Assembly: GCF_048593235.1 (NCBI RefSeq)
Contig: NC_133621.1
Coordinates: forward strand, 254,221,238-254,254,237
Direction: 5' to 3'
DNA: 33,000 nucleotides
DNA from: Sminthopsis crassicaudata
Lineage: Eukaryota
The notes under the pieces are model-generated. The model saw nothing but the letters and a program-made list of their open reading frames with translations. It ran no database searches and was not told the origin of the DNA. The position numbers were made by a program, and so were the translations under genes. Every line of letters begins with the position of its first letter. The stretch's first letter is position 1. Below are positions 1 through 11,797 of the stretch, in pieces.

Positions 1-1384
1 AAGCTATGAAAATGTTTGCTGTTATTATGTAATTCCTAGTTGCTGTCATAGTTACATTCCATCTCTGGCCTCCATATTTTTACAAAGTCTGAGTGCAAAA
101 TATACTTTCCACCCTACTTCCCTCCCTCACTCCTTATTTTCATAATCAAACTTTCTATTCTGTGCTATTCTACACAAATAAAAAACCAACCTATTCAGTT
201 CATTTGTTAAGGTGACTCCTTTCAATTTTTCCAAGATGTCTTTGCCACTTCATCTATGAATACTTTTCTGATTTATCCCTCACACAGACACACTGCTAGG
301 AGACCAGTGCCTCTCTTCCCCACCCAAAATCAACATATATTTATTTTGTTTATATTTATATTTATTTATTCAGGTATGTTTAATTTTTCAGTATGGAATA
401 TCAACTACTTGAGGGTATTTGTGTTCCTGATATTTGGCATATAGTACTGCTTTATAAAAGCTCTTAGTCAATTGATCCTTTAAAGGATCTGTTTCTGTTT
501 GTACTAGCTCACCATGCACAGAAAGAGTTGGCCAAGTAGTTTAAAAAAATAGGGACAGGTGGCATTTGGACAACAATGTACCTATACTCTCATCAAAACA
601 TGGTATGAATCCTTGCAACTAAAAGGATCTATATGTCAGGAACCTTCAGTCCAGCAACACTAAGAACACATTTTCTTATTCCAGAATCCTTTTTAGTAAC
701 TCATTTCAGTATTTAACTGGCTTACTTACCAACATATTCTTCATACCTAACCTAAATCTTGAATTCTGCAATAATATTCTCTGATCTCAGCAGAGGTGGG
801 AACATCTGGTAATACCTATATCATAAATAAATCTTCATAGTCCTAAATGCTGTCATTAAATCATTCTTTGGGAATGAATGAAATATTATTTGACTGGCCA
901 ATGATTTGGGCATTCTTCCACCAGAGAGTAATTAACATCTGTGTAAAGAGCTATATAAGCAAAAAAGAATCTCAAGAGTTTTCCTAATGGCAATGAAATT
1001 GTATTATAGTAGTATTGCATATCCATATTGTTTCAGGGCATCATTATAATCAGTATTAGGAGAATGAGGCACTGAGGGACTAAATAACAGAAATATTAAT
1101 TTCTCTTCAATATCTACATCTGTTGGCTCTCTAAAGTAGATTAGCAAAGACAGTCTTATGCGTAGTTTGCCTGATTTGTTCATCGAAGTCTTTTTTTGCT
1201 TGTGTTTAATATTCAGCCACAAGAATACATAAAAAAGGGAGATGCTTCTGTGGCCATTATGTATATTTGAAAAAATATAATTAGGTCTATAAGAATTGAC
1301 TGGAATAATGGTTATTTGGTATTTATTTTTAATATAAATGAAAAATATAATATTTCATTGAAAAATAGTTTCCCCCCTTAGGAT

Positions 1385-1490
1385 CATTCACCTATAATTG
1401 GAAAGCTCCTTAGCAATGATCTACTGTAAACCCTTCATTCATTAGATTTTAAATTTTTTAAGAGCAAGGACTTTCTCTTGCCTGTTTTTA
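1385..1490 (+). mobile_element. Degraded L2 LINE 3'-end fragment(s)
   Basis: 'ggaaagctcctt' and 'cattagattttaaattttttaagagcaaggactttctcttgcctg' resemble the recalled L2 3' terminus (cattagattgtaagctccttgagggcagggac...). Confidence 0.45.
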
Positions 1491-2344
1491 AGATTTAAAT
1501 GGATGATAATATATAGAGGAAGAAATATGTGTTTTACTGAACAATTTTGCCATGGTTTTATCCTAGTGATAAATATTTGTATTTAGAACAATTGTCATTG
1601 TGCTATAGGTCAGTATTATGGCTAAAGTGTATAATGGAGTTACATGAAGGACAAGGGAGTTGAAGAGAGTGTTGTTCAGGGGAATCCAGAAAAGCTTTTT
1701 GTAAATCTGCCCAAGCGAAAATCCCTTTCCATTTCATCCCTGATCTTAGTTTTACGAATCTGATTCCCTTCTCTGCATCATTGTATATTTTTTTTCTCTG
1801 TCCTTCCCTTTCTCTGTTCCCTCAAAAATGCTTTGTTTAGATCCCAGTCTTCTTTCTTGATCTCTTCTTATAATCTTTCTAACTCCTGTCATTAATGGAA
1901 GATACCACATCTTATAACTTCTTCCTTTGAAGATAGTTCTTTCTTTCATGTTCCCCAGTTTATAGATAATTCACAAGAACTAGGTAGGAACCATCAGGTC
2001 ACTTTTTAGTATTGTCAATAGAACACAAACCAGCTCTCTGCACTAATACTTTGGAGAATCCCCTATGTACTATCAAAGAAAAAGGTGTCCCAAGAAGATG
2101 GCGGTCCTCGCACCAAAAACTTGACCTTAATTGTGGAGTAAGCCACTTAGAAGCCCTTATCCCACCAGTGCAGAGGTTGTTTTATTGACCTCTGTTCCTC
2201 ATTCAGTGGTCCTGAATGAGTGGGCCCTAGTAAAGTGGGCACTAAATTTAAGCTTTTCAAGGGTGGAATATGAAAATAAAGATTCAGTAATGAACCAGCT
2301 TCACTACTAAGTGTGTTTTCCCTATCTTTGGATCTCTAGTGTCT

Positions 2345-2545
2345 TAATTGCATAGGAAAAAGTACTTGCTCCAGAGTAAGAAGATTTGGGTTTAAGTTCA
2401 ACCTGTGTACTTATAACTTGTATTTTCCTGGGTATTATTAACTTAATAATTAACATTATTATTATTATTATTATTATTCTCCATGAAACTCACTTTTCCT
2501 TAGTTGTAAAATGAGTTTAGACTTTATAATCTCGGAGGTCTTGTC
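2345..2545 (+). mobile_element. MIR-family SINE interrupted by an (ATT)n tract (about 2455-2478)
   Basis: Head-like 'aagaagatttgggtttaagttca' and core-like 'ctcacttttccttagttgtaaaatgag'. Confidence 0.5.
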
Positions 2546-4087
2546 ATTTATAAATTTATAATCTTATGTATTGTTAAATTTCTTTGATAAGCATGAGTTT
2601 TTTTAATGGTAGGGATGATAAGCCATAGGGAAAAGAAGGATTTGATGGAAACTCATTATTTATCGAAAAATAAAAGAAACGGGTTTTGGGTAAGGGGAGA
2701 AAATGGTGGATGAACCATCTGCTTGTTCATGAATAAAACATTTAAATCCTGGAATGTTGTCACCTTGTGGTATATTAATAATACAATGTGCTTTACTTGG
2801 GTTAGCTTGTTCTATAAAAACTGGTAAATCTAGTAGGCTTGATTACAATATTACAACCCTGGCAAGCAACAGTAATCTTTAGCATGAGCAGCAGCAGTTG
2901 ATAACTTTCACCTGCTTGTGGTTTGTCAATTATCAAGATTGCTGAAATCTCATTTGCAAATCCTAGAAAGAAAGACAGTGTATGATTTTAAGACAACATG
3001 ATTGGGGATCATTAAAGGTAGGACTTTGTTTTTACAGCATTATTTTTGGAGGTCTAACAAAAAGGCAATGTCTGGAGCTTTGACATTTTTCATATTTGTT
3101 GTCCTGAAAGTGAGAAACTAATGGTGTTGATGAGGACTAGGATAACTGCTGTGCAAACTGCATCTGACAGCCCTTCCAAATGGGAGTTCAAGTTCAATTT
3201 GTGTTACCTTACCCTTGCTATTTTTGTCCTTCCCTGTCTCTCAGTCATTCTTTGCTCATCTTGCCTTCTGATGGGAACCTCTACCCATAAGCTAGAATGA
3301 TGCAACTCTCCCATACTCAAAATGTTAAACTGGTTGCTTCTGAGGAAGTGTAGTGTATTGACTTTAGTATCCAGTAATGATTCTGTTTTCTAGCTTGCAA
3401 GAGATTACTTAGGGAGTAGCTCTTAAGGAATCAGTCACTTGTCAGCAATTAATGAACTCAGTGTTAGGAAGAGGAGATGAAGTAAAGAGGCTGGTCAATA
3501 TTCTTACAAAGTAGTCATTTACTTCAACAAGAGGTGATTTGAGGCAAAGGGTTGTAATCACCACGTGTTTTAAATAAGCAATAGCAATGAACAGGTGCCA
3601 GGAATAGGAGAGCTAAAGGTTTCCATTAGTTAATTGAATATTTCATTCTTGGAAATGGGGTGGGGGTATATGTATATGTTTTTATATGAATGACCTCTAA
3701 CCTAAATTCAGCGTGTTCCTGACAAGGAAAATTATGCCCTAATGGGGCACTCAAGTCCAGCTTTTCGGAGGGTGGTAAATGACAGAGAAATTTAAATAGT
3801 GAATTTGCCTCAGCTGAACAGAAGGAGCTGTAGTTAAATTAGGCCACTTTATCATTGAGTGGTACAAGATGTTGCTAATTCAATGAAACATAATTTTTTT
3901 TCAATTTTAGAATTTTTAAGTCTCTCCATGTTAAAGTCAACCCTCTAAAACTGTAAGGTGCCAGTTTTAATTGGAATAGTGACTTTTCTACATTGGGACT
4001 CCTCCATGCCAATGAAGTCATAGATCTTTTCGCTATTCCTGTCTCATAGACTGTCTCAACCAGCAATACATGCATATTTCTTGAACC

Positions 4088-4272
4088 AGAATCATAGAAT
4101 TTACAACTGGAATATATCTTAGGGATTAGCTAATCCAACTCTCTCATGTTACAAATGAAGAAATTGATACTAAGGGATCAGTGACTTGTGCAATGTCTCA
4201 TAGGGAGTCAGCTCAGATAAGGTTTTGTATCCAGGTCTTATTTCAAGTCCAACATTCTTCTCACTATACTAT
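4088..4272 (-). mobile_element. MIR/MIR3 SINE
   Basis: Antisense pattern 'agaatcatagaattt...ctaatccaactctctcatgttacaaatgaagaaattga'. Confidence 0.6.
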
Positions 4273-4434
4273 GATACCAGGGAAATTTCAGAAGCAGCAA
4301 ACCACTCTTGTCCACCCAATAACGTGCATCCCCTTTTCAAATGCAAAAAGTATTTTATCATCATTACATAGGACCTGAGCTGATTTTCATTTAACATCTG
4401 GGGTAATTAAATCCTGATTTTTTTTCCTAACAAA

Positions 4435-4695
4435 GGGAGAACTAGATGGTACAATGGGAAGAGTATCTGAGAAATATGAGTTCAAATCCAGTCTCAGACA
4501 CTTTTAAGTCATCTAAACTTCTTTTGCCTCAGTTATTCATCTACAAAATTATCTGGAAAAGCAAATGACAAATCACTTTTAAATTAAAAAATAAATTTAA
4601 AGTATTTTAAAAGTATTTCTGCCTCCCCCCCAAAAAAAATCAAAACCCGAATGGAGTCACAAGGAATTAGATATGTCTGAAATAACTCAGCAATA
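4435..4695 (+). mobile_element. MAR1-type marsupial CORE-SINE (degraded)
   Basis: 'gagttcaaatccagtctcagacact', core 'gcctcagttattcatctacaaaat', and RTE-like tail 'ggaaaagcaaatgacaaatcact...aaaacccgaatggagtcacaagg'. Confidence 0.6.
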
Positions 4696-5320
4696 GCTTA
4701 TTTAGCACTAAAAATTTTATATTAATGAGAGGAAAAATTCATACTAATTGATCATTGACAAAGTTGAGAGATCATTCTGGAGTGTGATTATTTAGGAAAC
4801 TTTTGCCTGAAAATTTAAGGCAAATTCAATACAAAATGAAAGCTTATTCCCCTATAAGTGAAGATATCACTTTTATTTTGCCATATATAAGAAGCAAGTC
4901 GAAACAGGTTATTTTACAGAGACAGTGTACCTAGTGCTTAAAAGAACAGGATTCTTTCTTTTTATACTTTCTCTTTTGTTACACTGATGCCTGAGCTATT
5001 AGTGGCTACATAATGGCTACAAGACAGCTTTGGTAGTCAGCACACTACCATTATCCAACTAATTGCTTTGTGAAGTGCTTTCAGAAAAATTGGATCTGAA
5101 AGGCACTCTATACTAACAATTTGTAGTCTATTCTTAGGTTTCAGTGATGCTGGAAGAGCAATGAATTATAAAGTCTGTAAAAAAAAAGAATATTTTTGTC
5201 ATAGTGACGCAAGTTTAGAATGTTGTTCATTGGCTGAAATGTGGAAAGTGATATCTTTTACTCTTAATATCAAATTCATCATCTGGAATGTTACTTGCAT
5301 TTAATTACCTTCCTAAATAT

Positions 5321-5405
5321 TCTTCTTTCCTTCCTTCCATTCTTCCTTCCTTCATTTTTCTTTTTCTTGATTTCTTTCCTTCTTTCTTCCTTTCATTCCT
5401 TTCTT
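5321..5405. repeat. (TTCC/TTTC)-rich low-complexity tract
   Basis: Directly visible pyrimidine-rich repeat. Confidence 0.85.
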
Positions 5406-6723
5406 TAGAACTCACTTCACATTTAAAGGATCAAGTAGAACTTAACACATGGATTAATTTCAGAGACTGAATTAATCGAGAGAGTCGTTGCTTTTGGTAA
5501 TTTTCAAGGTTTTGTAATTCTGTTTTAAATATAAGCTCAACTTCAATCATTTGTATGGTGGAACAATTTAAATGCCAAAGACAGACTGCTGCAGAGTATA
5601 TTATAAGACCAAACTACTATCTCACAGCATCTAAATGTGCTACTTGATCCTTCAGTTTACTCTCCAAGTTGACTAAAATAATTTCACAATCAAGATTCTC
5701 ACCTCTGGAAGAGAAATTGTGTGGATGAAGGAAATTTAATGGAGGATGAAGTCTGTCAATGCCTTTTGCTGCTGTGTTGGAGAGAGTAGTAAATTAAAAG
5801 TCTTCATGGCATATGCTTTCTAGCTTATTCATTATAATTTACATTCATAAATAACATTCTATCTTATAGCTGTGATTTTTTTTGGCAGAAGAAGTAACAA
5901 TACATTTCCAATCTCAGGTTGAAAGATTCAGCATGTTTGGGCTAATCCTTTCTACCAAGTGTTTCTGATTTGGAAAGGAAAAAAAATGTGTTTAGAATGA
6001 TATTTCCAGATTATTTTTCTTGCCCCTCCTCTTCAGTTTTTGCGCTACTGAAAAAAAATTTGACTTCTGAACCATCAAGTTCATAATCCAGGTGGTTATA
6101 CAGTAAATGCTCTGATGTGGTATTTATTGAGATGCTTGAACTCTTGCCTCTAGCTTCATTCAATTTATATTCCACATCTATTCCAACTGTCTATCTAGTT
6201 TAGCATTACTAAACACATAACATTTGCTTAATGACTATGTGCTTCTTGCATTTAAATTTCTCTGAGTCATCCTTTGGAAATTTCTCTATTATTATAAAAG
6301 TAGGAAAAGGGGTGAGGCAAAGCAGAATGGGGAAATCTGGGTAAAGTCATCCAATCTGGACCTAAATTGACTTTGCTAGGAAAACTGTTCTTCTGGTGCC
6401 AGTGTGACTATGTTTGCAGAAATCCATTCACATGGATATGTAGTTCCCTCTTAAAAGGAATAGCAGGAGTATGTATTTATCTAGCACCTTTCAACCCCTG
6501 TGGAGTGTGGCACAAACTAGAGATAGTATGGAAATTACTTTGCCCACTACTGGAGTGGAACAAAGCAGCTGTTTAACAGCATACAACAATGCTGCAAAAC
6601 CATTTAGAAAAGGGATTGAATGAGGGGAGTACATCCAAAAAAGAACTACAGGGGGGAGCTAAGGGAAGAAGAATTTGGAATTTGTCCAGATGTTTGTTCA
6701 AGGCCAAATATCTAAATATCTCA

Positions 6724-6866
6724 NNNNNNNNNNNNNNNNNNNNNNNNNNNNNNNNNNNNNNNNNNNNNNNNNNNNNNNNNNNNNNNNNNNNNNNNNNNNN
6801 NNNNNNNNNNNNNNNNNNNNNNNNNNNNNNNNNNNNNNNNNNNNNNNNNNNNNNNNNNNNNNNNNN
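6724..6866. other. Assembly gap (143 N)
   Basis: Run of N. Confidence 1.
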
Positions 6867-8017
6867 ACCCCTCCTCTTTTTCTTTCCTGCTCCCTCCTTC
6901 CCACATTTACCACTAGGATCCCAGTTCTAGACTTTCATTTTCTACGTCAGACACAAGACCCAGCTGGAATTCAACCCCACGTTAATTACTTACTTACTGT
7001 TTCAGGACTAACCCCAGGGAGGACAATTCCACCTGTTACATTACCAGAAACCTCATGTGTCAAGGGCTCAGATCCTTTCTGCCCATTAATGATCCAATGT
7101 GAAGTTTCCATTGCCCAGCCTATTCCAGAAATACAGACATTCAAGCTTCAGACTGTAAGATGGAGCTTCTAATTTAATGGATATGTTGTGGCATAGCTTC
7201 AGTATTAGAAGACTATATGTAAACAGGGAAATTATTTGTTAATAAAATATAAAAATTGTGTCAATGAGAAATTATTTTTTCACTCTTTCTGATTATAGTG
7301 GGGCTTCCTTTAATTTGTACCACATTGAAAAGCTTTACCACCTCCTAAGGGGAAGTATTCATCTGAAAGATGAATAGTGGAGATGTAGGGGAGAAAATTC
7401 TTAATTTATTTCATTATATTAATCTTATAAAGTAGTGGTATACATTTTCATAATTGTTTATGAACTACATCAGATCTGACTTTTCATAAAGCATTTTTAT
7501 ATGATATACTCTCTGTACATGTGGTATATGTATGTGTATTAAGCAGTTCTATTTCATACTATTCTGCAGCTACTATTCCTTTTTTTCCTTGACAAAAAAA
7601 GTATATTCTTTGAAGTTATATAAGTACTATATTTTTATCTGACAGGTTTTAATTATGACTAAAAGGATTAATTTTTCACCTTCTTTTAAGGTAGCAATTA
7701 TTACTCTTTTAAAGCATTTGTTCTCCCAAATACTGTCATGACAAGAAATCATAATAAGATAGTTAACCTTGAAATTTAGAATGTTAGTGAATCTCGTTAG
7801 CCATTATGGTCTCTATCTTTCAGAAAGCTAATGGCATCAGACTCTCTCTACACTGCACTTTAATAAGGAATACTCTTTGTATTCCTTATTATCCCTATAT
7901 TGTAGATACCACCTAACTGAATTCACCATAGTTAGTATAAAATTAAGGAATTGAAATCACCTCAATAATAATTACTTATTCTATCATTGTTTATTCTTCT
8001 TGTGAGTGGTCACATTT

Positions 8018-9275
8018 ATTTTTTGAGTTTTTTTCATTTTTTTTCAAATTTTTTTATTAATTTTATAATTATAACATTTTTGACAGTACATATGCATAGG
8101 TAATTTTTTTACAACATTATCCCTTGTACTCCCTTCTGTTCTGAATTTTTCCCCTCCTTCCCTCCACTCCCTCCCCTAGATGGCAGGCATTCCCATACAT
8201 ATTAAATATCTTATAGTATATCCTAGGTACAATATATATGTGCAGAACCGAATTCTGTTGTTATTGTTGTTACAAAGGAAGAATTGTATTCGGAAGGTAA
8301 AAATAATCTGGGAAGAAAAACAAACAAAAAAAATGCTCACAGTTTACACTCATTTCCCAGTGTTCCTTTTCTGGGTGTAGCTGATTCTGTCCATCATTGA
8401 TCAATTGGAATTGGATTAGCTCTTCTCTATATTGAAGATATCCACTTCTATCAGAATACATCCTCATACAGTATCATCGTTGAAGGGTATAATGATCTCC
8501 TGGTTCTGCTCTTTTCACTCAGCATGAGTTGATGTAAGCCTCTCCAAGCTTCTCTGTATTCATCCTGTTGGTCATTTCTTACAGAGCAATAATATTCCAT
8601 AACATTCATATACCATAATTTATCCAACCATTCTCCAATTGATGGACATCCATTCATTTTCCAGTTTCTAGCCACTACAAAAAAGGCTGCCACAAACATT
8701 TTGGCACATATAGGTCCCTTTCCCTTCTTTAGTATTTCCTTGGGATATAAGCCCAGTAGTAGCACTGCTGGGTTAAAGAGTATGCACATTTTGATAACTT
8801 GTTGGGCATAATTCCAGATTGTTCTGCAGAATGGTTGGATTCTTTCACAACTCTACCAACAATGCATCAGTGTCCCAGTTTTCCCACAGCCCCTCCAACA
8901 TTCATCATTATCTTTTCTTGTCATCTTAGCCAATCTGACAGGTGTGTAGTGGTATCTCAGAGTTGTCTTAATTTGCATTTCTCTGATCAATAGTGATTTG
9001 GAACACTTTCATATGAGTGGAAATAGTTTTAATTTCATCATCTGAAAATTGACTGTTCATATCCTTTGACCATTTATCAATTGGAGAATGGCTTGATTTC
9101 TTATAAATTAAAGCCAATTCTCTGTATATTTTGGAGATGAGGCCTTTATCAGAACCTTTAACTGTAAAAATGTTTTCCCAATTTGTTACTTCCCTTCTAA
9201 TCTTGTTTGCATTAGTTTTGTTTGTGCAAAACTCTATAATCTCTAGTTCTCCTTTGGACACAAATTCCTTCCTCC
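8018..9275 (-). mobile_element. 5'-truncated L1 (about 1.26 kb: ORF2 C-terminus, 3' UTR, tail) with perfect 15-bp TSD
   Basis: TSD tgagtggtcacattt at 8003-8017 and 9276-9290; T-rich tail at about 8018-8060. ORFs 8451-8789 (AVLLLGLYPKE...WYMNVMEYY) and 8968-9261 (SDKGLISKIYREL...IDKWSKDMN) are L1 ORF2p C-terminal segments. Confidence 0.95.
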
Positions 9276-9437
9276 TGAGTGGTCACATTTCAATGTAGAA
9301 AATTGGGTGAGATGAAGGACTTTGAACTTTCTGAAGTCATATAACCTATAAATGTATATTTCAAATCCATAATATTTATCAAAGAATAAAGTTTTAATTA
9401 TTATATACAAAGGAAATTGTAGGGTTAAGTAAGGAAT

Positions 9438-9565
9438 GGACTTGTGATTTCCTTGGTATAAGAAGTCTCTAGGTGAGTTCCTTCCTTTACCAGTATAGAT
9501 TGATATCTTCCCTGCCACTTTTATTCTTAGGGAGTTACCCAGAAAACTGAGAGGTTAAGTGGCAT
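9438..9565 (-). mobile_element. Marsupial SINE-like repeat fragment (Mar3/MdoRep-like; subfamily uncertain)
   Basis: 'ttgtgatttccttggtataag...ggagttacccagaaaactgagaggttaagtg' resembles a recalled marsupial CORE-SINE; a related copy appears to lie in opposite orientation near 20930-21140. Confidence 0.45.
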
Positions 9566-10157
9566 TCAATGTCTTTGAAACTTGATTGATAATTAAAAAC
9601 AGAAGTGTAAGTTAGAAAAAGAAAGAATAAGAAGAAACTGGATTTATAAATAATACAATCATGTATTTACATTAGAAGAATAATTATTAATTTCCTAGAG
9701 GCTAACTCTTCTTGGAAAATATTCCAGGAAACTATAGTATTCTAGGAAAATTTTTAAAACTATAGAGGAGAAAACTACTTAGGAAGATCACCATATCTAG
9801 GTGCTATTCTTTTCCATTAGACCCACTATGTGACTCAGCAGAGCTTCTTAATGGTTGTCAGTTCATTGAAATATTTCATACTGTTTGTGGGTAAAACTGT
9901 GCTATAGGCCTTTTTTATCTTTAGGCTTTTCAGCTACAAATGATAACTGACAACTTTTACATCTAAGGTTAAATAAGAGATACTACTGATTATCTGAAGA
10001 TAGGTTCTTCTGAAGAAGGTTCTATCATAAAAAGGTCTGCTTGAAACAATGCAAAGATCGCTTGGGTAAAGCATTAGGATTTATTGTCTAAAATTTTGTG
10101 TTATTTTAGGTTTTTTTTTGTTATTTTAGAAGCAATGGAAAGTTCTTTCAGCATTTT

Positions 10158-10415
10158 TTGTGGTGTCATTCAGTGTTTTTTCAGTTGCATTTGACTTTAT
10201 AACCCCATTTAGGGTTTTCTTGGAAAAAAAAAAAAAAGTAGTGGAATGGTTTGCCATTTCCTTCTCCAGCTCATTTTACAGATGAGGAAACTGAAGTAAA
10301 TAGGATTAAGTGATTCACCAAAGGTCACTCAGTAAGTGCCTGAGACTAAATATGAATTCAAAAAGATGAGGCTTCCTGACTCCAGGCCTTGCCATCTACC
10401 CACTAACTGTCCTTA
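10158..10415 (-). mobile_element. MAR1-type CORE-SINE (RTE/Bov-B-like tail)
   Basis: 'ccccatttagggttttcttgg...ggaatggtttgccatttccttctccagctcattttacagatgaggaaactga...cttcctgactccagg' is the antisense MAR1 pattern, with an internal A-run. Confidence 0.8.
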
Positions 10416-10509
10416 GCATTTGCTATGGTATAATCTGTGAACTAACATTTGTAGGATCAAAGCAGCTAGAGCCAAGTGGTACTTATATAAACATAAGTGA
10501 TTCTCCAAA

Positions 10510-10700
10510 CTACTCTCCTCTTCTAACTTTCCTACTTTTCCCCTATCTATCCTCTAGCCCCAGCCAAAGTGGACTACTCCTTGTCTCCAAATCTATTTTG
10601 AATTATTTTGCCTCCTTGCCTCTCTTGGATTCATCCGTTCATTGTCTAGAATGCCATTCTTTCCCCTTTGTTTTTTATCTCCTACCTAAAATAGAAAACA
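10510..10700 (+). mobile_element. Degraded L2 fragment
   Basis: 'ccagccaaagtggactactccttgtctcc...gtctagaatgccattcttt' resembles the L2 3' region. Confidence 0.45.
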
Positions 10701-11439
10701 CTTTTCATGAGCTGTGTTTATCCTTAAGCAAAATATTTTGTTTTCTTCTTTTCAGTGGTATATTTAGAGACTTCAGTTTCCCTACAAACATGCTTATCTA
10801 CTGTTCTCAAGATGACTTAGACTATTAACTTTCTAGTGGGGTCCAGGCATGTGAGTCAAAGCTCATTTTGTTCAGTTTTATTGGCTTCTTGACTTGGTGT
10901 TTGAAATCGTGAATACAGCTCTCTTTGTTCCCATCTGTCAGCTTCTGTTGTGGGATTTGTGAAAGGCAAGGTCCTTCTAACAGCTGCCCAAGCTTTTAGT
11001 CCTTTTAATAAAAGTGATTATACTTCTATAAATATAGCAATAAACTCCAACAGCATGATAAACTCTGAATTAAGTGAATAAATTCTGAATACTCATTGTA
11101 TATATTCTGTAAAGACTAATTATATGTATTCTATAAAGATGGCGATATTTATGATAATATAAATATATGATAATATTTAAGACAACTTTTCAATCGAGTT
11201 TAATGAATATTTTAAATAGTTATTTTTATATATTATACTTATACTTATTACTTATATATTATACTTATTAAAATACTTAATACACACAAGGGTTGCTATG
11301 ATAGATAAAAAAGCTAAAAAGAATAAAGTTCATAAGCATATTATCAGTATGCTGATTGATTAGTAGAAGGGAGCATGTGAACTTAAGTACAGACTTGAAA
11401 ATTTGAGGATGATCATATTAAATTTAAATTTAAAGATCT

Positions 11440-11580
11440 CAAAGGTTATCAAATCAAAATTTAGTCATTTTGCAGAAAAGAAAATTGAGTCCCAGAGAGG
11501 TTAAATGATTTACTCAGGATTCTACATATTGCAAACAATAGAATAAGGGATTCATATCCAGCACTGTTCCTTAGTATCCT
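11440..11580 (-). mobile_element. MIR SINE
   Basis: Antisense core 'cattttgcagaaaagaaaattgagtcccagagaggttaaatgatttactcagg'. Confidence 0.55.
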
Positions 11581-11664
11581 GCAATTTGCTCTTCTGGGGC
11601 TTACAAAAATAAATCTAATTCATCTTCCTTGAGACAAATCTTCAAAGGAGTTAGAAAGCACTAG

Positions 11665-11797
11665 CCAACTATTACCCATGTGATCTCAGTAAAATTATTT
11701 CACCTGTCTGAACCTCAGTTTTCCCATCTGCAAAATGGGGAGGAAAGTATTAATGACTTCTAAAGTCTCTTCCAATTCTGGACCTCTAATCCTATGA
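11665..11797 (+). mobile_element. MIR3-like SINE (possible L3/CR1 fragment just before it at about 11585-11660)
   Basis: Core 'aacctcagttttcccatctgcaaaatgggg' and L3-type tail 'ctaaagtctcttccaattct...tcctatga'. Confidence 0.6.

Noticed and set aside
2098-2124. ATGGCGGTCCTCGCACCA (MAVLAP), resembling the start of TMX2
   Set aside because: A stop follows after eight codons and there is no further similarity.
1425-2303. 879-bp solo LTR (TG...CA flanked by CTAC on both sides)
   Set aside because: The interval includes ancient L2-like sequence, and a 4-bp match is easily found by chance.
5288-5470. Hydrophobic or charged ORFs here and at 30054-30333, 25111-25326 and 29037-29354
   Set aside because: Translations of TTCC, TTG and poly-T tracts.
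6367-6576. 69-aa Cys/Trp-rich ORF
   Set aside because: Non-ATG start, no recognisable motif and no clear splice boundaries.
6589-7172. ORFs 6589-6930, 6675-7172, 6698-6913 and 6721-6906
   Set aside because: Their length comes from reading through 143 Ns, so they cannot be supported as CDS.
10878-10965. Acceptor-led hydrophobic frame FYWLLDLVFEIVNTALF
   Set aside because: Weak donor, an in-frame stop soon after, and an equally plausible opposite-strand frame; consistent with chance.
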